Source of the DNA: a bacterium
Lineage (GTDB): Bacteria; Patescibacteriota; Minisyncoccia; Phycocordibacterales; Zambryskibacteraceae
Length of the DNA: 43,921 nt
Assembly (NCBI GenBank): GCA_023266935.1
Contig: JAHFOF010000001.1
Coordinates: 103,830 to 147,750, forward strand
Direction of reading: 5' to 3'
Made by a program: the position numbers and the translations under genes. This document shows, in pieces, positions 38,114 through 43,921 of this stretch. Every line of letters starts with the position of its first letter. The stretch's first letter is position 1. The notes under the pieces were generated by a model, which worked only from the letters and a program-made list of their open reading frames with translations, made no database searches and had not been told where the DNA came from.

Positions 38114-38605
38114 ATGGATAATAGCGAGAAAACACAAGTGCCTGAGAGCGATATCTACGGGCGATTGTTTAAGCTGTGGGCCATGGTGACGAAGCTCATT
38201 CTCGATGGGAAGCGCAGTCCGCACAAGGTTGCGGATGTCCTCCAGATAATCCTGGAAGAGCACATGCTGCGATTCGTGTTTTATCGTCGTGCAAAAGCTA
38301 GTCGCCATACTTCCGCCGTCGTGATGCAATACCTCCTCAAGAGAGACGGTGTATTGCATCGAGCGTTGTCAGCAAACGACGATGTGGTCAAGGAGTGGCT
38401 CCGCAACCCCCAGATGTATCCGTCTGACCTCAAGTCGTTTGAATGGATTCTCTGGAAGGATGTTCAAATGGACCCGGATGGTGTTACTGGTGTGGCACCG
38501 GCGATGGTGTGGAATCGAGACACTAAGAGTGTCAAGATCATCGGGTACGAAGCGATGGATGATTTTTACAATCCCAATATGGCAGTCTTGCTCTATGCCA
38601 AATAG
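38114..38605 (+). CDS. Hypothetical protein, paralog of 35427-35924
   Basis: AAGGAG SD before ATG 38114; shares RALS..D..VK.WL.NP..YP..LK....LWK..Q..DG..GVA...W. Confidence 0.75.
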   Translation: MDNSEKTQVPESDIYGRLFKLWAMVTKLILDGKRSPHKVADVLQIILEEHMLRFVFYRRAKASRHTSAVVMQYLLKRDGVLHRALSANDDVVKEWLRNPQMYPSDLKSFEWILWKDVQMDPDGVTGVAPAMVWNRDTKSVKIIGYEAMDDFYNPNMAVLLYAK

Positions 38606-38628
38606 CTATATTTTCACGATTTGCAACG

Positions 38629-38660
38629 AGACCTCCCAATCAACTCAGGGAGGTCTTTTT
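38629..38660. terminator. Terminator between convergent genes
   Basis: AGACCTCCC/GGGAGGTCT stem followed by TTT. Confidence 0.75.
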
Positions 38661-39744
38661 ATTTATATAATTCGAATATTTTTCGAACTATTTTGTCGAA
38701 TGAGAATTTTGAAATAATTGTTTGTTTCAAGTTTGTTCCCAGTGTTTCTCGAAGGTTTTTATTATCAACAAGTTTAATTAAAGCAGAAGTAAGTTCTAGA
38801 GCATTTTCTTTTTGTACAAGCAAACCATTTTTTCCGTCCTCAATAAGTTCAGGTATTCCTCCAACTGACGAGGCGATTACAGGCAGTCCGGCGAATCCTG
38901 CTTCAAGCAGAGCATAAGGCATCGCTTCAGATCGGGAGGGCATCACGAAGATATCAAAAGTAGAAAGTTGTGCCCGAGCATTGTTCACGAACCCCTTAAA
39001 AACAACAGAGTCGGTAATGTTTAATTTTGAAGCAAGATTTTTTAAATTATTTTCTTCTTCACCAGAGCCCATAATCACAAGTTTTGCTTTATGGTTTTTT
39101 ATAAATTCTTTCCAACTTCTTAATAAAACATCTAAACCTTTTATTTTGTGCAGTTCGGAGATTGCCCCGACAGTGAATGAATCATCAATGCGTGGAACAA
39201 GTTCAAATTCTTTTATTCCATTATAAATAACCACCAATCTGTTTTTAATAAACGGCATCCAAGAAACGTCTTTTTTGGTTTTTTCTGAGACACAGATAGT
39301 TTTATGAGAAAGCAATATGGTATACCAGATTAACTCCATAATCAGAATTTTATTTAAGAAGAATCTGTTCTCATTAAATGCCCAACCATGTGCAGTAAAG
39401 ATAATTTTCTTTATCCCAACCAACCTTCCTGCAAGTCCACCGATGCCTCCCATCTTTGAACTATTTATATGAAAGACATCGGGCTTTATTTCTTTTAAAA
39501 TTTTCTTTATTTCAAAAAAAGATTTCAAATCTCCTAAGATAGAAATATCTCGATCGAGAGAGGGGAGAGAAATAACTCGAACCCCAGCATCTTTTAATTT
39601 TTGAACGAGTGGACCGTCTCCTCCACACATCACAGAGACTTCATTTCCAGCTTTTTGAGATTCTACTGCAAGGTCGAAGACATATCTTTGGGCTCCACCG
39701 AAGTTTGATTTGGTTATCCCATACAGGATACGAAGTGGCTTCAT
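38659..39744 (-). CDS. Glycosyltransferase family 4
   Basis: FGGAQRYV, HINSSK, FTAHGW, PSRSEAMPYALLEA, VGGIPE. Confidence 0.93.
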   Translation of the reverse strand: MKPLRILYGITKSNFGGAQRYVFDLAVESQKAGNEVSVMCGGDGPLVQKLKDAGVRVISLPSLDRDISILGDLKSFFEIKKILKEIKPDVFHINSSKMGGIGGLAGRLVGIKKIIFTAHGWAFNENRFFLNKILIMELIWYTILLSHKTICVSEKTKKDVSWMPFIKNRLVVIYNGIKEFELVPRIDDSFTVGAISELHKIKGLDVLLRSWKEFIKNHKAKLVIMGSGEEENNLKNLASKLNITDSVVFKGFVNNARAQLSTFDIFVMPSRSEAMPYALLEAGFAGLPVIASSVGGIPELIEDGKNGLLVQKENALELTSALIKLVDNKNLRETLGTNLKQTIISKFSFDKIVRKIFELYK

Positions 39745-39812
39745 CCCGCTATATTACCGCATATATGAAAGGGCTTCCAGCGGGATGGATTTTAGGGTAT
39801 AATGCACGCTAC

Positions 39813-41168
39813 ATGAATTCTCTAAGCAATAGAGAGCCATCCGTCCTCCTGTTGGGCGACATCTTCTGCCTCCTGGCTTCCTTGTGGTTGTCCCTCCTGT
39901 TTCGTGCCTTTGAGGTGCCCTCACAAGAGCTTTTTTTCCTACACCTTGTGCCTTTTAGTTTTCTCTTCTTAGTTTGGGTCGTGGTTTTCTATATCGCTGG
40001 TTTGTACGAGCGTCACACGCTGATGCTCCAGTCACGCCTACCAGCCATCCTCTTCAATACCCAAGTGGTGAACTCGACCATCGCCGTAGTCTTTTTCTAT
40101 TTTGTTCCTCTCTTTGGTATTACCCCAAAAACAATTCTCTTTATTTATCTAATCGTTTCTTTCATCATAATTTTTGTTTGGAGGACCTATGTTTATTTCT
40201 TCGTCGGAGTAAAGCAACCGATTAATGCGGTGCTAGTGGGGAGTGGAGAAGAAATGAGAGAGTTGTTCGAGGAGGTAAATGCCAATCCGCTTTATAGTTT
40301 TCGGTTTGTTTCCTCAGTTGATCTGGATAGAGTCGAAAATGATGGGTTTAAAGATGAGATAGTTTCTAGAATTTATAGTGAAGGAGTAACTATGATAGCC
40401 ATCGACCTTGCGAACGAGAAGGTCGAACCAGTCCTGCCAAGTTTGTACAATTTGATTTTCTCTAAAATTCAATTCGTGGATATGTATAAGGTGTATGAAG
40501 ATATTTTTAAACGCGTCCCTCTTTCACTCCTTAAATATAATTGGTTTCTAGAAAATATTTCTACTTCGCCTCGACACACTTATGATGCTCTCAAACGAGT
40601 TATGGATATCTTGATTTCTATTCCATTATTTAGTGTTTTCTTCATCACTTATCCGTTCGCTTTGATTGCGATGAAAATTGAAGACGGAGGTCCGGTGTTT
40701 ATCCACCAAGAGCGAGTAGGCAAGAACAATAAAATAATTAGAATTGTTAAGTTTCGCAGTATGACTACAAACGACCATGGAGAATATAAAAATGGTTCGA
40801 CTGAACTCAAGGTGACGAAAGTTGGTGCATTCCTCCGCAAGACCCGCCTCGATGAATTTCCTCAACTCTGGAATGTTCTCAGAGGGGATATTTCTTTAAT
40901 TGGTCCTCGCCCAGAACTCCCATCTCTCGTGAAGCTTTATGAGAAGGAGATTCCTTATTACAACGTTCGACACCTTATCAAGCCGGGACTTTCTGGTTGG
41001 GCTCAGATTTATCAAGATATAAACCATCCTCATCACACCCAAGCGGTAATGCAGACCAAAGAAAAATTGTCTTATGATCTTTACTATATAAAAAATCGTT
41101 CATTTATTACTGATTTAAAAATCGCTCTAAAAACTATCAAAACCTTGCTTTCTAGGGTAGGAGTGTAG
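39813..41168 (+). CDS. Polyprenyl-phosphate sugar transferase (WcaJ/WbaP-like)
   Basis: KRVMD, KFRSM, FLRKTRLDEFPQLWNVLRGDISLIGPRPE, KPGLSGWAQI, YDLYY. Confidence 0.93.
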   Translation: MNSLSNREPSVLLLGDIFCLLASLWLSLLFRAFEVPSQELFFLHLVPFSFLFLVWVVVFYIAGLYERHTLMLQSRLPAILFNTQVVNSTIAVVFFYFVPLFGITPKTILFIYLIVSFIIIFVWRTYVYFFVGVKQPINAVLVGSGEEMRELFEEVNANPLYSFRFVSSVDLDRVENDGFKDEIVSRIYSEGVTMIAIDLANEKVEPVLPSLYNLIFSKIQFVDMYKVYEDIFKRVPLSLLKYNWFLENISTSPRHTYDALKRVMDILISIPLFSVFFITYPFALIAMKIEDGGPVFIHQERVGKNNKIIRIVKFRSMTTNDHGEYKNGSTELKVTKVGAFLRKTRLDEFPQLWNVLRGDISLIGPRPELPSLVKLYEKEIPYYNVRHLIKPGLSGWAQIYQDINHPHHTQAVMQTKEKLSYDLYYIKNRSFITDLKIALKTIKTLLSRVGV

Positions 41169-41235
41169 TTTCTTTATGCTGAGCATGTCGAAGTATTGCC
41201 CAAAAACTCTATTTCTGTATAATTGTTCTACTTTA

Positions 41236-42576
41236 ATGAAAGCCCACAAACATCTGATTTTCTCCGTTTTGCTGATTATTGTTTTTGTCCTCCTGGGCTA
41301 TTTTTTGGTCAGAGAACAGAAACCGGGGGCAAAATTCCCATTTAAATTCGGCCTGGACCTAGTCGGAGGAACAGAGCTTATTTATAAAGCCGATACTTCT
41401 GGAGTAACAGATAGAACCGATGCGATGCAGAGTTTGAAAGATGTCATAGAACGCCGAGTAAACATCTTCGGTGTTTCTGAACCGCTTGTGCAAACAGAAC
41501 ATGCTGGATTTATTTCTGGGAATCACGATGATCGACTGCTCGTAGAACTTCCAGGAGTTTCAGACATTAACCAAGCTATTTCTCTCATCGGGCAAACTCC
41601 AATTCTAGAATTTCGTTTGCAAAAAGCTAATGCAGCCGAATTAGTAAAGGCTAATCCGCAAGTTACCCTTGATGAAGTTTATACTCCAACGGGTTTAACT
41701 GGTCGATACCTTTCTCATGCAACGGTTGAATTTGATCAAAACACCCAAGCTCCCCAAGTCGGCTTAGAGTTCAACAGCGAAGGTTCTGATTTGTTTTCTA
41801 AACTTACTACAGCAAACAAAGGACAAGTGCTGGCTATTATTCTGGATGGTCAAGTTCTTTCGGCTCCAGTGATTCGAGAAGCTATCACAAACGGCAAAGC
41901 TCAAATCACGGGAACATTTTCTGCTGATGTGGCCAAGACTCTGGTTCGTAACTTGAATTATGGTGCTCTCCCTGTGCCTATTTCACTTTTGAATTCTCAA
42001 GTAGTTGGCGCCTCGCTCGGCACATCCGCACTTAATTCTGGTGTCCGAGCGGGGTTAATAGGACTCGTGGCTTTGATTATTTTCTTGATTCTTTGGTACA
42101 GGCTTCCAGGTTTTGTTGCTTCGGTCGCACTCATCTCATACATTATCCTTTCGCTCGTTGCCTTTAAAATGTTGGGTGTGACTCTCACGGCTGCTGGCCT
42201 CGCTGGGTTCATTCTCTCTATAGGTATGGCTGTGGATGCGAACGTGCTTATTTTTGAACGAACCAAAGAAGAATTAAAGAGAGGTAAATCAATTTATGAC
42301 GCATTGCATGAAGGATTTACTCGAGCTTGGCTTTCGATTCGAGACTCAAACATTTCTTCAATCATCACAGCGATAGTCTTGTTCTGGCTCGGGACGAGCG
42401 CGGTCAAAGGTTTCGCTCTCACCCTCGGCCTAGGAGTGCTCATTTCGATGTTCACAGCTATCACCGTGTCCAGAACATTTTTGTTTGCCATTGCACCCAA
42501 CCTGCCTGCCGGCAGGCAGGAGGGGGACAGTGGATTCAAAAGATTTTTATTCAGTAATGGTTTCCATATAAAATAA
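41236..42576 (+). CDS. secD: Protein translocase subunit SecD
   Basis: GLDLVGG, RRVNIFGVSEP, GALPVP, IGMAVDANVLIFER, DSNISS, VKGFA. Confidence 0.96.
   Translation: MKAHKHLIFSVLLIIVFVLLGYFLVREQKPGAKFPFKFGLDLVGGTELIYKADTSGVTDRTDAMQSLKDVIERRVNIFGVSEPLVQTEHAGFISGNHDDRLLVELPGVSDINQAISLIGQTPILEFRLQKANAAELVKANPQVTLDEVYTPTGLTGRYLSHATVEFDQNTQAPQVGLEFNSEGSDLFSKLTTANKGQVLAIILDGQVLSAPVIREAITNGKAQITGTFSADVAKTLVRNLNYGALPVPISLLNSQVVGASLGTSALNSGVRAGLIGLVALIIFLILWYRLPGFVASVALISYIILSLVAFKMLGVTLTAAGLAGFILSIGMAVDANVLIFERTKEELKRGKSIYDALHEGFTRAWLSIRDSNISSIITAIVLFWLGTSAVKGFALTLGLGVLISMFTAITVSRTFLFAIAPNLPAGRQEGDSGFKRFLFSNGFHIK
42501..42520. repeat. Short palindromic element (family A) in-frame in secD
   Basis: CCTGCCTGCCGGCAGGCAGG, encodes LPAGRQ. 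Confidence 0.85.
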
Positions 42577-42577
42577 T

Positions 42578-43528
42578 ATGTTTGTTGTAAAATACAGAAA
42601 ATTATTCTTTGTTCTCTCTGGACTACTCATCGCCCTTTCGGTTTATGGAATAGTGGTTTATGGATTTAATTATTCAATCGATTTTAAAGGAGGAGCTTTG
42701 ACTGAAATAAAATATACAGATTCTGCACCAACCCTCGATGATTTGAATAGAAACATTACCACTTTGAACATTGGCGGTTTTTCTGTTCGACCATCTGGAG
42801 ACATGGATTTTATTATTCGTACCAAAGAGTTAACTAATGATGAACAGAAAAAACTTTTAAGCGCTGTTTCTCAATATCCAGGAAAAGAGATTAACCACAT
42901 CTCGATTAACCCCCCAACGGTTCTTAGACAAAACTCTATTGGTCCTGTGGCTGGAGCAGAACTAAAATCAAAAGCGATTAAAGCTATCGCTGTTGTGGTG
43001 GTGATGATTGTGCTTTTTGTCACTTTTGCTTTTCGAAAAGTTTCTCATGCTAGTTTGTCCAAAGGTTCTCGAGGAGTTTCTTCTTGGAAATATGGTTTCG
43101 CCACTATCATTGCTCTGTTCCATGATGTGATTATTCCCACTGGAGTGTTTGTCTTCCTTGGACATTTTAAAGGTGTAGAGATTGACCTTCTCTTTGTTAC
43201 TGGCCTACTCGCTATCCTTGGATATTCTGTGCATGACACTATCGTGGTATTCGATCGAGTTCGAGAAAATTTGAAAATAAATCGTGATTCTAGTTTGAAA
43301 GAAGAGTTCGAAGAGACGGTAGGCAAGTCGGTAGCCCAAACCTTTGGTCGTTCAATCAATACTTCTCTCACCATCTTCATCACTCTCCTCGCCCTTTTTA
43401 TCGTTGGTTCTGGAGCGACAAAAGATTTCGCTCTTCTTCTCATCATCGGAGTCATCGTTGGTACATATTCTTCAATCTTCGTCGCTTCACCACTCCTCGT
43501 GACTTTTCAAAAGTGGCAGAACAAGTAG
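42578..43528 (+). CDS. secF: Protein translocase subunit SecF
   Basis: IDFKGG, ALFHDV, GYSVHDTIVVFDRVREN, RSINTS, GTYSSIFVASP. Confidence 0.96.
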   Translation: MFVVKYRKLFFVLSGLLIALSVYGIVVYGFNYSIDFKGGALTEIKYTDSAPTLDDLNRNITTLNIGGFSVRPSGDMDFIIRTKELTNDEQKKLLSAVSQYPGKEINHISINPPTVLRQNSIGPVAGAELKSKAIKAIAVVVVMIVLFVTFAFRKVSHASLSKGSRGVSSWKYGFATIIALFHDVIIPTGVFVFLGHFKGVEIDLLFVTGLLAILGYSVHDTIVVFDRVRENLKINRDSSLKEEFEETVGKSVAQTFGRSINTSLTIFITLLALFIVGSGATKDFALLLIIGVIVGTYSSIFVASPLLVTFQKWQNK

Positions 43529-43538
43529 ACTGTAGTAA

Positions 43539-43921
43539 ATGACCCAAGTAGATAATCTTATAAAATACATTCCGGATTTAGTTTCAAGGAATGTTTTGGA
43601 TGTGGGATGCGGGGAAGGAGCATTTGTTCTTGATGTGTTGAGTCGTGGAGGGCGAGTGGTAGCTGTTGAACCTCATACAGGTAGGGTAGAGAGGTTAAAG
43701 AAAATTATTTTAGAAAAACATTACCCTGGAGAAGTGTATGAGGCCGGAGGAGAGAATATGCCGTTCCTTAAAAATGATTCGTTTGGATTTATAAATGTTT
43801 GCGAGGTGATAGAACATGTGGTCGAACCAGAAATTGTTTTAAATGAGGTTCATCGAGTGTTGGCAAAAAACGGCAAGGTCTACATCAGTGTCCCAAACAG
43901 ATTTGGATACTATGATTGGCA
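43539..43921 (+). CDS. Class I SAM-dependent methyltransferase (3'-partial)
   Basis: ATG 43539; VLDVGCGEG, EVIEHV, EVHRVLAKNG; runs off the window end. Confidence 0.85.
   Translation, partial: MTQVDNLIKYIPDLVSRNVLDVGCGEGAFVLDVLSRGGRVVAVEPHTGRVERLKKIILEKHYPGEVYEAGGENMPFLKNDSFGFINVCEVIEHVVEPEIVLNEVHRVLAKNGKVYISVPNRFGYYDW

Noticed and set aside
39609-39812. Long N-terminal extensions from the ORF track (argS 2800, M16 13766, sugar transferase 39609, secD 41176)
   Set aside because: The extensions overlap terminators, promoters or opposite-strand genes; downstream ATGs fit family N-termini and nearby -10 boxes.

Overview
This 43.9 kb window is chromosomal DNA that most likely comes from a Patescibacteria/CPR (Parcubacteria-like) bacterium. 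Support: compact AT-rich housekeeping genes, rplK with no rplA after it, alpha2-type GlyRS, IleRS2 with an inserted phosphatase domain, and an unlinked, intron-containing 23S rRNA. Core genes: secE-nusG-rplK, argS, ileS, recO, glyQS, M16 peptidase, AI-2E transporter, metG, tatD, rpsF-ssb-rpsR, efp, recA, ftsK, a probable surface-layer protein, a 23S-tRNA-like-5S unit without 16S, rodA, GT4 and sugar transferases, and secDF. GC-richer stand-alone cassettes sit singly between these genes, each typically with a TTGACA/-10 promoter, Shine-Dalgarno site, ORF and hairpin terminator. Four of them (1-438, 4532-5098, 9178-9603, 35436-35924 region) have G-rich 3' ends that look like variable regions of diversity-generating retroelement (DGR) targets; three are strongly adenine-depleted and three share a TCGCAACT end. 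No template repeat or reverse transcriptase is present in the window. Other notable items: an Avd-like four-helix-bundle cassette bracketed by inverted 8-mer repeat arrays, short palindromes inserted in-frame into essential genes, an orphan sigma-28, a candidate novel ncRNA, two large structured RNA inserts in the 23S gene, and a tRNA with an abnormal anticodon loop. All calls come from reading the sequence; no database searches were run.
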